Made by a program: the position numbers and the translations under genes
Shown: one piece after another, positions 9,309 to 19,860 of the stretch
Layout: each line of letters begins with the position of its first letter
Position numbering within the stretch: the stretch's first letter is position 1
DNA from: Spirochaetia bacterium
GTDB taxonomy: Bacteria; Spirochaetota; Spirochaetia; UBA9216
NCBI GenBank assembly: GCA_965140585.1
Contig: OZ223264.1
Location: 384,001-448,000, forward strand
Direction of reading: 5' to 3'
DNA: 64,000 bases
Notes under the pieces: model-generated
What the model was told of the DNA's origin: nothing
Databases searched by the model: none
Seen by the model: only the letters and a program-made list of their open reading frames with translations

Positions 9309-11501
9309 TTATCTGTTTAATGCAATAAGCTCTGATCTTCCGGTTACTTCAAGTTTCCGGAAGATAGAGGTGTTGTAATTACTAATTGTCTTTACTGATA
9401 AATTTAACTCCGCAGCAATTTCTTTATCACTCAGACCCTTTCTAAGCAAAGCTGCAATTTCACATTCACGCGTGGTCAGTTCTTTTTCACTGCATACTTT
9501 TTTGAATTCATTCCCGGGCTGACGGCTGTGTTCGCTGCTGTAGTTGTCGATAAACTCGATCACTGAATTCTTCAAATTCTTTTTATAATTATCAGTGCTC
9601 AGTTTAACAGATTCGATTATTGCCGATGCCTTGGCTTTGAGTTCTTCGATTGAAAAAGGCTTGCCGATGTAGTCTACAGCTCCGTCATTAAGAGCTTCAA
9701 TTTTCTCATCTGCAGAATTACGTGCTGTTAAAAATAGAAAAGGGATTTTTTTATATTCAATGTTCTTATGAATCTCCCGGTAAAGCTGCCGGCCATCCAT
9801 CACCGGCATCATAACATCGCTTATAATTATTGAAGGTTTAAACGATTTTAAAATTTCCAGAGCGAGCTGTCCGTTAGAGGCTGTTGTGATTGTAAAAGTA
9901 TCAGATAATTCATCCTTAAGGTAATTCAGCAGGTCCTTATTGTCTTCAACAAGCAGTACAGAATGACTGTTACGGCTGAGAGCCTCCTGGTCGGTTGTCT
10001 GAGGATTGTCTTCAGCGATAGCGGTTTGCAGATCCGCCCTGTATGCAGACAGCATTGAATCGGGATGGCTTTTTTCTTTTTGAATATTTTCATCCCCAGT
10101 ATCCGGAAATATCAGTGAAAATGTACTTCCCATTCCCGGACTGCTGTTAAGTTTTATTTTTCCTCCATGCAGTTCCATTATCCCTTTGACAAGAGATAAG
10201 CCAATTCCGGCGCCTCTCCATAAAGAGCTCTCAGCAGTTTCGACTTGCTGAAACCTGTTGAATATCTTCTGCTGCTGTTCAAGCGGGATTCCCGGGCCGT
10301 TGTCAGAAATATCAATATTGATCTGATTATGATGCCTTGAAGCTTTCAGGTTGATCTTTCCACCGGGCTGTGTGAATTTTATCGCATTACTCATCAGATT
10401 TAATATAGCAGTATCAAAAAGATGCGGATCAGCGCATAATTTTAAACCCTCATCAGTTTCTGCCGCAATGGTAATGTCTTTTTGCTCGGCTGCTGACTGT
10501 AGTTCTGCGGCGAAAATTGTCAGTTTGGCCTCAAGATTCATTTCTGCCAGTTTAAGAGTAAACTTATGCTGCTCCAATTGCGACAGTTCAAGCAGGCCAT
10601 TAATCTGTTTTATCAAGCGCAGATTATTACGCTCGATTATTTCAAACTGACTGTCGGCAGCCTCTATTGAATTGCCCCATCGGCCGGTTCTAAGCTGATG
10701 AATTATACCATTGATTATAGTTACCGGAGTTCGCAGTTCATGTGAGATATTCATCATAAAGTCGTTTTTTGCTATATCCATCTGCCGAAGTTTAAGCTTT
10801 TCCCTCTCTGCGAGTGCATGGTTCACTTTCAATTCGGTCATCTCAGAACCGAGAATAAATGGAAACAGCAGCCCGTTAAAAACCATCCCGGCAAGGAATA
10901 AGAAATTTCCATCAAGCAGCGGTGCCGGGATGCCTGCCCCGGAAACTGCATCCTTGAAAATTCCCATTGCGGAAATTGCTCCGAGAATCATCAGTGCTTC
11001 GAAAAAAATAAGAGTTCCTGCCTTTTTATTACCCCCGATCCTAAGGATTATTAAAGGCACAAGCAGGATTAAAATGACACCGCTTGCGGAAATATCCATT
11101 ATGGAAATAATCAGTTTATTTATGGATCCGGCTACAATTGGATGGATGATTGAAAGAATTATAAAAAAGATGCATAAACTGGCTACAATATTTCTTCCTG
11201 TCTTAAGAGCCTGCCTGTTTTTAATATTCAGATAATTGTATGAAAAAAGGGTGAAGGCAAAAAGAGATAGCCATGAACCTATGTATGGTTCAACTGTCGG
11301 TATGAAAAAGTGTGTATAGAGATTGCTTACCGCATTTATAAAGGCTCCTGTGAAAAACAGGGCCAGATCAAGATAATTGCGATCACGGCTTTTAATGCCG
11401 GTGAACAGGCAGTTCAGAACTGCCATGAGAATCATTCCAAGAAACAAATTGGCAGTGGTCAAATAAGGTCCGGGACTTAATAACTTGGGTATAATCAACA
11501 T
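9309..11501 (-). CDS. Hybrid membrane sensor kinase: ~7 TM, HisKA, HATPase, REC, LuxR HTH
   Basis: ISHELRTP, NLMSNAIKF, DNGPGI, GAGIGL; REC LLVEDN...SDVMMP...KPF; LTTRECEIA...GLSDKEIAAELNLSVKTI; promoter geometry favours ATG 11501 (track 11510). Confidence 0.93.
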   Translation of the reverse strand: MLIIPKLLSPGPYLTTANLFLGMILMAVLNCLFTGIKSRDRNYLDLALFFTGAFINAVSNLYTHFFIPTVEPYIGSWLSLFAFTLFSYNYLNIKNRQALKTGRNIVASLCIFFIILSIIHPIVAGSINKLIISIMDISASGVILILLVPLIILRIGGNKKAGTLIFFEALMILGAISAMGIFKDAVSGAGIPAPLLDGNFLFLAGMVFNGLLFPFILGSEMTELKVNHALAEREKLKLRQMDIAKNDFMMNISHELRTPVTIINGIIHQLRTGRWGNSIEAADSQFEIIERNNLRLIKQINGLLELSQLEQHKFTLKLAEMNLEAKLTIFAAELQSAAEQKDITIAAETDEGLKLCADPHLFDTAILNLMSNAIKFTQPGGKINLKASRHHNQINIDISDNGPGIPLEQQQKIFNRFQQVETAESSLWRGAGIGLSLVKGIMELHGGKIKLNSSPGMGSTFSLIFPDTGDENIQKEKSHPDSMLSAYRADLQTAIAEDNPQTTDQEALSRNSHSVLLVEDNKDLLNYLKDELSDTFTITTASNGQLALEILKSFKPSIIISDVMMPVMDGRQLYREIHKNIEYKKIPFLFLTARNSADEKIEALNDGAVDYIGKPFSIEELKAKASAIIESVKLSTDNYKKNLKNSVIEFIDNYSSEHSRQPGNEFKKVCSEKELTTRECEIAALLRKGLSDKEIAAELNLSVKTISNYNTSIFRKLEVTGRSELIALNR

Positions 11502-11569
11502 GTGAAACATTTTATTTTAGAAAATTACTGCGGGCAAGGACTTTTTTACATATAGGTATATTCGCAAAG

Positions 11570-12016
11570 CTACTGCGTATATTCTTCAAGCCGGGAAAAA
11601 GCCCTGTCCCATGCATGGATAAAGAACTGCCTTGCCTCTTCCCATTCTTTTGAATCTCCCCATCCGGTGTGAATCAGAGTTGACTGGGTTCCGTTATCCC
11701 TTGGAGAGAAGAAAACTGTAACATTGGTTAGAGGACGTAATTTGTTCATTTCGGCGGCAAATTGAGGAGGCCCCTTCCATTCAAAGTTAAGGTAGTAAGG
11801 TGATTCAATATCAAGTATTCTACATCCTATTGTGCTGTTTTCTTCAGGCTTATCCGGATTCCAGTATAATTCATATTTTCCATGAACTTTTGGTTCGACA
11901 TCTGCTTTTTCGGTTAGCCAAGTTTCGAGTGCTTGATTCTCGGTGAACAGTTTAAATACCTGCTCGGTAGAGCAGTTCAGAATTGATTTTTTAACAATGA
12001 TTCTATCCATATTCAA
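11570..12016 (-). CDS. SRPBCC/AHSA1-like (START-fold) protein
   Basis: EQVFKLFT...LETWL, GTQSTLIHTGW, C-terminal W...L helix. Confidence 0.85.
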   Translation of the reverse strand: MNMDRIIVKKSILNCSTEQVFKLFTENQALETWLTEKADVEPKVHGKYELYWNPDKPEENSTIGCRILDIESPYYLNFEWKGPPQFAAEMNKLRPLTNVTVFFSPRDNGTQSTLIHTGWGDSKEWEEARQFFIHAWDRAFSRLEEYTQ

Positions 12017-12069
12017 TACACTCCCTGTATATTACTAAGTTACTCAATAATACCGGGGGAGTGAAATGA

Positions 12070-12966
12070 TTAATTCAGTTTTTCAGGCTTATATACTATC
12101 GATGTGAATTCAATTTTTGCAATCTCTTCGACCGGAACCTCAGCTACATGCATAATGAACTGGTTAAAGTTTTTAAACCCGTATCTTCTGGTCACTTCCT
12201 CAAAACCTTCCTTGTATATCAGCGATTCTCCTGCAAGTGCAGCCATATAGCTGCGGCTTTTTTCTATTGATATATTTTCAGCACAATGCTTGATTTTGGG
12301 GAGAATGGTCGGTTTGAATCGGGCAAGCGAGTGTGAAGAGATTATTTCATTAAAGTCGGAACTTCTGCTTATGACTTTTTCAACTGTTTTTATATACTCT
12401 GAAATGCTTGTTGATTCATTAAGACAGAGCCATATATGGCTGGAAAAGGAGTCTCCTGAGATAAGTGTTCTAGTTTTCTTGTCTAGAATACAGACCGAGC
12501 CTTTTGTATGCCCGGGTGTATGTATGACTTCAACCTCACGATTTCCAAGCTCAATTATCTCTCCGTCGGATATAGCCTTCAGTTTTTTAGTGATGGGCTT
12601 CAGGTACTTTAAAAGACCTTTCTGGTCCGGAGGCAGAATGCTTTTGACATTCATATAAAGTCCGGCCTTCATGATAAGCGATGAATGCTTCCTGTATATT
12701 TCAAAATCATCTTTATGGATTAGAACTTCTTTAAAGTGAACATTTCCCTGGATGTGATCAATGTGTCCATGTGTGTTGATTATGCGGATCGGAAGATCGG
12801 TGAGGCTTCTGACTGTCTCATATACATTGCCGAATCCATAGCCGGAATCTATAATAAGAGCGTATTCTGTCCCTACTATGAGTGAATAAAATACATCGAG
12901 TGAATCATAAATGTGATACAGCTTATCTGCAATTTCGGTTATTTTGTTATCAGTTTTGTTGGCCAT
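12070..12966 (-). CDS. MBL-fold metallo-hydrolase
   Basis: IDSG, THGHIDH, TPGHT, SGD motifs. Confidence 0.92.
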   Translation of the reverse strand: MANKTDNKITEIADKLYHIYDSLDVFYSLIVGTEYALIIDSGYGFGNVYETVRSLTDLPIRIINTHGHIDHIQGNVHFKEVLIHKDDFEIYRKHSSLIMKAGLYMNVKSILPPDQKGLLKYLKPITKKLKAISDGEIIELGNREVEVIHTPGHTKGSVCILDKKTRTLISGDSFSSHIWLCLNESTSISEYIKTVEKVISRSSDFNEIISSHSLARFKPTILPKIKHCAENISIEKSRSYMAALAGESLIYKEGFEEVTRRYGFKNFNQFIMHVAEVPVEEIAKIEFTSIVYKPEKLN

Positions 12967-13090
12967 GGGGTATTATATTCTGCTATTGAAAGTGAAACAA
13001 TACTATGTACTAATGAAGTGTTGTGCGAATTTACAGAGATAAATTTATCTTATCCTTGTATTCGGCTTATGCAATTACTATAGTTTAGAT

Positions 13091-14464
13091 GTGAAGAAAG
13101 TTCTAATTATCGATGATTCCCGCACAAACAGGGCCAGCCTGAAGCTGCTGCTGGCTCCCTTCGGTTATGAACTTAATGAAGCCGCTAACGGTATCGAAGC
13201 GCTTGAACTGATTGAAAATGACAAAATGGATCTCATAATTACAGATCTTGTAATGCCGCGAATGGACGGTTTTGAGCTATGTAACAGGCTAAAGGGTGAT
13301 GACCGGACCCGCTCGGTCCCGGTTATAATATTCAGCGACTTTTCCGATAAAAAACGGGTGGAGGAGGGATTTACTCTTGGTGCATGGGCTTTTGTTCCAA
13401 AGAGTCAGCCTGATGAATTGATAAGAACTCTTACAAAATGGAACGAATCACATTATATGGTAAGCAAGTGGAAGGTTCTTGTTGTAGATGATTCAAAAAC
13501 AGTCCGTACTTCAATACAGGATGAACTTACACTCGATGGTTATCATGTGAAAACAGCTGAGGACGGTGAGGATGCATGGTCACTACTTCAGGATGAAAAC
13601 TGGCGTCCGGATATTATTGTAACAGATCTGAATATGCCCAGGCTTGACGGCCTAGATCTGCTTGGACGAATAAGAAACAGCGAAAATCTGAATAAAATCC
13701 CTGTAGTAGTTGCAAGTTCTGATTCTGATCGGTCAACCATAATGAAGACTGTTCAGGCTGGTGCTGTTTCCTATCTGACAAAACCTTTCGGTTCGGGACA
13801 GCTCTCCTTGAACCTTGAGCTGATACTCTCAAATCAGTTTCAGCTTCTTGATGAAGTACGCAAGCGAATTGAAATGGAGAAGCAGCTGCTTCTTGCTACC
13901 ATAACAAGCCTTGCAAATGCCCTTGAGGCAAAGGATGTTTATACACGAGGTCATTCCGAGGCAGTGGCTAAATATGCCGTGATGGTGGGGAAGAAACTCG
14001 GTTTCAAGGAAAGGCAGCTTGAACAGCTTGAGCTTGCCGGAATGCTTCATGATCTCGGAAAAATAGGAATTAAAGATAATGTCCTTACTAAGGAAAAATC
14101 GCTTGATGATGAAGAATATGAGCATATTAAAACCCATGTAGAACAGCTTGAACTGATATTAAATCCTATATCATCGGTACAGGAAATACTAAGCGCTGCA
14201 AGATCTCATCATGAACGTTGGGACGGTAGGGGCTATCCGAGAGGCCTGAAGGGCAAGGATATTCCGATTGGCGGAAGGATTCTGATGCTTGCCGATGTTT
14301 ATGATGCATTAACCAGCGACCGACCCTACCGTACTGCCATGTCCAAGGATAAAGCATTGCGGATAATCCGTGATGGTATAGGAACAGCATTCTGTCCTGA
14401 AACCGGACCGGTATTTCTGTCTGCAATATCAAAGCTTCCGGATCCGAATTTAAAAAGGCATTGA
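13091..14464 (+). CDS. Double-receiver HD-GYP c-di-GMP phosphodiesterase
   Basis: Two REC domains (TDLVMP, TDLNMP); HS, HDLGK and HHERWDGRGYP motifs. Confidence 0.93.
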   Translation: MKKVLIIDDSRTNRASLKLLLAPFGYELNEAANGIEALELIENDKMDLIITDLVMPRMDGFELCNRLKGDDRTRSVPVIIFSDFSDKKRVEEGFTLGAWAFVPKSQPDELIRTLTKWNESHYMVSKWKVLVVDDSKTVRTSIQDELTLDGYHVKTAEDGEDAWSLLQDENWRPDIIVTDLNMPRLDGLDLLGRIRNSENLNKIPVVVASSDSDRSTIMKTVQAGAVSYLTKPFGSGQLSLNLELILSNQFQLLDEVRKRIEMEKQLLLATITSLANALEAKDVYTRGHSEAVAKYAVMVGKKLGFKERQLEQLELAGMLHDLGKIGIKDNVLTKEKSLDDEEYEHIKTHVEQLELILNPISSVQEILSAARSHHERWDGRGYPRGLKGKDIPIGGRILMLADVYDALTSDRPYRTAMSKDKALRIIRDGIGTAFCPETGPVFLSAISKLPDPNLKRH

Positions 14465-14507
14465 TATTTTCAGCTTTTATACGATACTGATATATAGGGG
14501 GTTCTCA

Positions 14508-15815
14508 ATGCACATAACCGATATAATTCTGAAAAAAAGAAACGGCGGTGAGCTTTCAAAGGAAGAAATTGATTTTTTTATAGAAGGATATGTCGGCGGC
14601 AGTATTCCTGATTATCAGATATCTGCGCTTTTAATGGCTATATGGTACAGGGGGATGAATGCACGCGAAACTACAGATCTCACCCTTTCGATGGTCGCTT
14701 CCGGCGATACTATAGATCTTTCCGGAATCAGCGGAATTAAGGTTGATAAGCATTCAACCGGTGGCGTGGCAGATACAACAACTCTTGTAGCAGCTCCTCT
14801 TGTTGCGGCCTGCGGAGGCAAGGTTGCCAAGATGTCCGGCCGGGGCCTCGGCCATACCGGCGGAACGCTTGATAAGCTTGAATCAATACCAGGGCTTTCC
14901 ATTGAACAGTCTATGGAGAACTTTCAGAAAATAGTAAACAGCATCGGTGTCTCGGTGATAGGGCAGACCGCCAACCTTGTTCCTGCAGATAAGAAGCTCT
15001 ATGCGTTAAGGGATGTAACTGCAACTGTTGATAATATGTCTCTTATTGCGGCAAGTATAATGAGTAAAAAGCTTGCTTCCGGCAGTGATGCAATTGTTCT
15101 TGATGTAAAAACAGGCAGCGGAGCTTTTATGCAGAAGCTGGATGATTCTAAGGCTCTGGGACGGGCTATGGTTGATATAGGCAATATGGCAGGCAGAAAA
15201 ACTGTCGCACTTGTTACAGATATGAATCAGCCTCTTGGTGATGCAGTAGGCAACGCACTTGAGGTTCAGGAAGCAATAGAAATACTTTCCGGCCAGCATA
15301 AGAATGGCGATTTACGCAAGGTTTCCATGGCGCTTGCATCAAGAATGCTTGTTGTTTCAAATCTCGCCGAGAATACCGAACTGGCTGAGGGGATGCTGGA
15401 AACTGTACTAACTTCCGGCAAGGCTCTAGAATGCCTGGCTTTAATGATAGAAGCTCAGGGCGGTGATGCTTCGGTTACTAAAGACATAAAGCGTCTGCCT
15501 CAGGCTTCAAAAACCATTGAAGTTAAATCTGCAGCCAGTGGATGGATTACAAGTATGGAGAATGCCGAAATCGGATTATCCGCAATGCTTCTTGGTGCCG
15601 GCCGGCAGACCAAGGAAGATGTTATTGATCCTGCTGTGGGACTGTGGATGAGGAAGAGAATCGGTGATGAAGTTAAAACCGGAGATGTTCTCGCTGTTTT
15701 TCATGTGAATGATGAAAAGAACCTGAAAGAAGCGGAAGAACGGTTCGTAAATGCGATAAATATTGAAGGCTCAAAGCCTGAGTCTTTATCACTTGTATAC
15801 GATGTAATTGAATAA
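14508..15815 (+). CDS. pdp: Pyrimidine-nucleoside (thymidine) phosphorylase
   Basis: DKHSTGGV, KMSGRGLGHTGGTLDKLESIPG, YALRDVT, SIMSKK. Confidence 0.96.
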   Translation: MHITDIILKKRNGGELSKEEIDFFIEGYVGGSIPDYQISALLMAIWYRGMNARETTDLTLSMVASGDTIDLSGISGIKVDKHSTGGVADTTTLVAAPLVAACGGKVAKMSGRGLGHTGGTLDKLESIPGLSIEQSMENFQKIVNSIGVSVIGQTANLVPADKKLYALRDVTATVDNMSLIAASIMSKKLASGSDAIVLDVKTGSGAFMQKLDDSKALGRAMVDIGNMAGRKTVALVTDMNQPLGDAVGNALEVQEAIEILSGQHKNGDLRKVSMALASRMLVVSNLAENTELAEGMLETVLTSGKALECLALMIEAQGGDASVTKDIKRLPQASKTIEVKSAASGWITSMENAEIGLSAMLLGAGRQTKEDVIDPAVGLWMRKRIGDEVKTGDVLAVFHVNDEKNLKEAEERFVNAINIEGSKPESLSLVYDVIE

Positions 15816-15820
15816 AATAT

Positions 15821-15867
15821 AAAAAAGCCCCGCAGCGGCAGAAGATTCTGCATTAGGCGGGGCTTTT
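15821..15867. terminator. Bidirectional intrinsic terminator
   Basis: AAAAGCCCCGC / GCGGGGCTTTT between convergent genes. Confidence 0.75.
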
Positions 15868-15884
15868 AATTTTATTTTATATTT

Positions 15885-17192
15885 TCAGCTGAGTACTTCA
15901 TAACCAGCTTTTCGGACAGCATCCGAAGCCTCTTCGAGTGAAAAATCACCCTCCAATGTAGCACTCTGATCGTTAAGGTTGATTTTGATTTTATCAATCC
16001 CTTTTACTGTATTAAGAGCCTGTTCCACACTCGCAGCACAGTGCCCGCAGTCCATGCCCTGGATGCATATTCTGACTGAATCTCCGTTATCTGCGTTCTG
16101 AGCCTGAGTTGATTTGTTTTTTCTCCGTAATGCAAACATCCTGAATCTCCTTCCAAACAGAAATACAAGTGCTGCAAATAGAAGCAGTGAAACAGAGATA
16201 GTAAACCAGCCGGGGTCTGCTTCTTCATGAATATTGTTCAATGCACCGCTTATCGGTGATACGCTCATGGCGGTAAATATGGTATCCATCAGAAAACCGA
16301 AAATAAGACTTCCTGCAACTATCGTTGCCACGTATCGAATAGCGCTGTTTTTACCAAGTGTTTTGCTTATGATTGCCAGTGAGGCCGCGTTGGTCGCAGG
16401 GCCGGCCACAAGAAATACATAAGCAGCCCCCGGAGAAACACCCTTCGCAAGCAGTGCTACCGCAATAGGGATACTGGAGGTTGAGCATATATACATCGGA
16501 ATACCAATTATAACCATCAGGATCATAGCAACGAATTTATTTGAAAGGAATGAACCACTGAAAAATTCATCAGGAATTACGATGGAGATAACAGCCGCAA
16601 TGGCAAGGCCGATCACAAAATTGACAGCAATATCATCAAGCAGTTCAAAAGTTGCGTAATTAAACATTTCCTTTAGTTTTGCCCATAGACCCTTGTATTC
16701 TACAGCCTTGCCTGTATTTACCTTTCTGGTGAAAACCTCGTCCATGTTTTGCTGCTCTGTTTTGGAATGTCGCTTACCGGTAGCCAGAAAATCAACTATT
16801 CCGCCGGCTGTTCCCATTAAAAGGGCTGCAATTGCTTTAAAGATAGCGAACAGAGGCCCCAGCATCCCCCAAGTTGCTGCAATACTGTCTATTCCAGTCT
16901 GCGGTGTTGAAATAAGAAAGGATGTTACTGCAGGCTTTGATGCGCCCGAGTTTTTCAGATATACAGCGGTTGGCACTACGCCGCATGAGCAGAGCGGCAG
17001 CGGAACTCCGAAGAGTGCTGCTTTAAATACTGAGGACAGGTTATGTCCGCCTACGTGTTTTGCTACAAAATCCTTGCTTAGAAATACATGCAGCAAACCT
17101 GATATAAGAAGGCCGAGTACCAGGTACGGAGCCATTTCAAAAAACAGGGAATATACTTCTTTAAAAAATAATCCAATGTATTCAAGTACCAT
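15885..17192 (-). CDS. SO_0444/ArsP-type heavy-metal permease with C-terminal HMA domain
   Basis: PLCSCGVVP, MYICSTSSIP, GPATN and GMDCGHC motifs. Confidence 0.9.
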   Translation of the reverse strand: MVLEYIGLFFKEVYSLFFEMAPYLVLGLLISGLLHVFLSKDFVAKHVGGHNLSSVFKAALFGVPLPLCSCGVVPTAVYLKNSGASKPAVTSFLISTPQTGIDSIAATWGMLGPLFAIFKAIAALLMGTAGGIVDFLATGKRHSKTEQQNMDEVFTRKVNTGKAVEYKGLWAKLKEMFNYATFELLDDIAVNFVIGLAIAAVISIVIPDEFFSGSFLSNKFVAMILMVIIGIPMYICSTSSIPIAVALLAKGVSPGAAYVFLVAGPATNAASLAIISKTLGKNSAIRYVATIVAGSLIFGFLMDTIFTAMSVSPISGALNNIHEEADPGWFTISVSLLLFAALVFLFGRRFRMFALRRKNKSTQAQNADNGDSVRICIQGMDCGHCAASVEQALNTVKGIDKIKINLNDQSATLEGDFSLEEASDAVRKAGYEVLS

Positions 17193-17202
17193 TATTTAGC
17201 TC

Positions 17203-17556
17203 CTATTCGTTTATATGTTTAAGGCCTGTCGCCAGAATTTCTTCAATGTGTCCGTCGTTGAGCGAATAGAAGACCATTTTGCCTTCTTTTCTGTACTTCA
17301 CCAGTCTTGCCTGTCTGAGCATTTTCAGCTGATGGCTTACCGCAGTCTGCTGCATCTCCATTATTACGGATAAATCGTGGACGCAGTATTCCCCGCTTTT
17401 CAGCAGGAACAGCAGCTTAAGCCTGTTCTGGTCGCCGAATACCTTGAAGAATTCCGACAGGTCCTGGAGCTCCTCTTCTACCGGAAGGCTCTGCTTAAGT
17501 TCTGCTGCATCGGATTCTGTCAGATTGCAGGATATTTTTTCTTCTAAATCGCTCAT
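17203..17556 (-). CDS. ArsR/SmtB-family metalloregulator
   Basis: FFKVFGD..RL, EYCVHDL, AVSHQLK, VFYSLNDGHI...HINE (alpha5 metal site). Confidence 0.95.
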   Translation of the reverse strand: MSDLEEKISCNLTESDAAELKQSLPVEEELQDLSEFFKVFGDQNRLKLLFLLKSGEYCVHDLSVIMEMQQTAVSHQLKMLRQARLVKYRKEGKMVFYSLNDGHIEEILATGLKHINE

Positions 17557-17568
17557 GTGTACTCCTTA

Positions 17569-17623
17569 ACATATGAACATATATTCATATGTAAAATATA
17601 AGCGGTTGCAGGATATTTGTCAA
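17569..17623 (-). promoter_or_regulatory. sigma70 promoter and SmtB/CadC-type operator
   Basis: TTGACA-N17-TATATT on minus strand; inverted repeat ACATATGAA-N6-TTCATATGT at 17569-17592. Confidence 0.85.
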
Positions 17624-17640
17624 CCGGAAGAGTTTGGTTT

Positions 17641-17689
17641 TGCCACGGATTAAAAGCGGGTATGCGCAGGGCAGAGATTTACACGGATT
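17641..17689 (+). repeat. Dispersed ~50-nt intergenic repeat, copy A
   Basis: GCCACGGAT-N8-GGTATGCGCAGGGCAGAGATTT-ACACGGATT; 22-nt core identical to copy C. Confidence 0.85.
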
Positions 17690-17712
17690 GTGCAGTCAGG
17701 ATAGAATATATC

Positions 17713-18735
17713 CTAACCAACAACCCTCGGAACTACCGTCTTGCTGACAATCTCCGCTCCGGTAAGCGAGTCCAATAGAGCTGAAGCCGCCTCCGAATAT
17801 ATTCTGTCAGGCATTATATCTACACTCAGTAATTTAAAAGGCAGTACGTAATCAAGCGGCAGGTTGTCATAGCCTGCCAGAGGCAGCGTCTTTCCAATAT
17901 CAAGCCCGGCCTCTGCTGCTGCGTACCCGGCACCAACTGCAGTTATATCGTTAACACAGGCTATTCCGTCCAGGCTTTCGTCTTTCAGTTTTCCCGAAAT
18001 CCTTGAAGCCGCCGCGTATCCCGCATCCTTACCGACTCCTGGTTCCAGTATCTCTACTTCAGATTCGCTGTACACAGAAAGAAAGCCGTTAAGTCTGTCC
18101 CGGTGAGGTGCCACAATATCAAGGTAGCCGGTTATATATACAGGTTTATGGCAGCCCGTTTCTTTCAGCAGTTCCGCCTGCATCCGACCGCCGTGGAAGT
18201 TGTCGGTACTGCAGCGGCTGAACCCTTCAAATCCTTCTGTATGGTGGCCGATGATATATGGAATGCCGGCTGCGGCAATCATTTCGGCCTCTTCTGCTGT
18301 ATCCACATCGTAGCAGATTATCCCGTCGCATCGGCTTTTAAGTTTCTGCAGATCGCTTTCTTCCCTTACTGTTGACAGGTTCAGGCTGTACATGCTGAGG
18401 TCAACAACATCCTTCACAGCGTTTAGTACATCGGCATAGAACCATTTGTACACCGGCATATCAGCCCAGTAATACTTGCGCCGGGGCTTCTTAAGCTGCA
18501 CAAGTGAGATGATCCCTGTCCCGTTTCTGCGCAGCGCGCTCGCATTTTTATCAGGTTCATATCCGAGCTTTTCCGCTGTCTCAAGAACTTTTTTCACCTT
18601 GTCGGGGCTGACAGACTCAGGATTGTTGTAAACCCTTGAAACCGTCGCGGTGCTCACTCCTGAGGCGGCGGCAACATCGTTTCTTGTAGGGTTTTTAGGC
18701 TGGCTCTGCATCTGTATACTTGATTTCCGGTTCAT
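17713..18735 (-). CDS. LacI-family repressor, probably of the gal operon
   Basis: TRNDVAAASGVSTATVSRV HTH, GYEPD..ASAL hinge, ND..AVG, GYDN. Confidence 0.95.
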   Translation of the reverse strand: MNRKSSIQMQSQPKNPTRNDVAAASGVSTATVSRVYNNPESVSPDKVKKVLETAEKLGYEPDKNASALRRNGTGIISLVQLKKPRRKYYWADMPVYKWFYADVLNAVKDVVDLSMYSLNLSTVREESDLQKLKSRCDGIICYDVDTAEEAEMIAAAGIPYIIGHHTEGFEGFSRCSTDNFHGGRMQAELLKETGCHKPVYITGYLDIVAPHRDRLNGFLSVYSESEVEILEPGVGKDAGYAAASRISGKLKDESLDGIACVNDITAVGAGYAAAEAGLDIGKTLPLAGYDNLPLDYVLPFKLLSVDIMPDRIYSEAASALLDSLTGAEIVSKTVVPRVVG

Positions 18736-18745
18736 TATGGATTAT

Positions 18746-18759
18746 TGTACACGTGTACA
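18746..18759. promoter_or_regulatory. LacI-type operator TGTACACGTGTACA
   Basis: Perfect 14-bp palindrome with central CG between the divergent lacI and galT genes, overlapping the lacI promoter spacer and -10. Confidence 0.8.
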
Positions 18760-18816
18760 TAAAAATAATCAACAAACAATAGACTGCAGCCGTGCGGTTA
18801 TTCATAGGAGGAAAGT

Positions 18817-19860
18817 ATGGATTTTACTTCTTCACCTCACAGAAGATTAAATATTCTTACCGGAGAATGGATTAAGGTATCGCCTCATCGTACCCAGAGG
18901 CCCTGGAACGGACAGGTTGAATCAGCAAATAAGGAAAAGCTTCCCGAATACGATCCGGGCTGCTACCTATGTCCGGGGAACGGCCGGGCAGGAGGCAAAA
19001 AGAATCCTGATTATTCCTCCACATTTGTTTTTGACAATGATTTTATGGCGATACTCCCGGATACCAGGCCCTTCGATTATGAGGATGGACTGCTTAAGGC
19101 AACCGCCGAACGCGGTATCTGCCGTGTGATCTGTTTCTCTCCGAAACACGATCTTACCCTGGCCCTGATGGATGAAGCTGATATCCGAGGTGTAATTGAT
19201 GTCTGGGTTGAGCAGTATCTTGAGCTTGGAAAACTCGATTATATTAATCATGTTCAGATATTTGAAAACAGGGGTGCGATTATGGGCTGCTCCAATCCGC
19301 ATCCGCATGGACAGGTCTGGGCCGAGGAGAAAATTCCCTATCTGCCTTCGCTTGAGCTTAAGCATCAGAAGGAGCATCTGGATAAATCAGCGCGTTGTCT
19401 TCTGTGTGATTATCTTGAGCAGGAACGAAGGTCAGGGGAGCGAATAGTTTTTGAGAGCAGCAGTTTCACAGTTCTGGTACCCTTCTGGGCAGTCTGGCCC
19501 TATGAGGTGATGATCCTGCCGAGGCGGCATATGTCCTCAATAGATGAAATGAATCAGGCAGAAAGAGCTGATCTTGCTTCGGTAATCAAGAGGCTTGGTA
19601 TTCGTTATGACAACCTCTTTTCAACTTCCTTTTCGTATTCGATGGGGATTCATCAGAAACCCACAGATGGAGCTGAATATCCGGAAAACCATTTTCACTT
19701 TCATTATTATCCGCCGCTGCTACGTTCGGCCGAAGTTAAGAAGTTTATGGTAGGCTACGAGATGCTGGCGATGGCTCAGCGGGATATCACCGCCGAAGGC
19801 GCGGCTGAAATCCTCAGAGGTCTTTCTGAAATCCATTATACAGAGGCTGAAAATGACTAA
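18817..19860 (+). CDS. galT: Galactose-1-phosphate uridylyltransferase
   Basis: SPHRTQRPW, CYLCPGN, FENRG...GCSNPHPHGQ. Confidence 0.97.
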   Translation: MDFTSSPHRRLNILTGEWIKVSPHRTQRPWNGQVESANKEKLPEYDPGCYLCPGNGRAGGKKNPDYSSTFVFDNDFMAILPDTRPFDYEDGLLKATAERGICRVICFSPKHDLTLALMDEADIRGVIDVWVEQYLELGKLDYINHVQIFENRGAIMGCSNPHPHGQVWAEEKIPYLPSLELKHQKEHLDKSARCLLCDYLEQERRSGERIVFESSSFTVLVPFWAVWPYEVMILPRRHMSSIDEMNQAERADLASVIKRLGIRYDNLFSTSFSYSMGIHQKPTDGAEYPENHFHFHYYPPLLRSAEVKKFMVGYEMLAMAQRDITAEGAAEILRGLSEIHYTEAEND

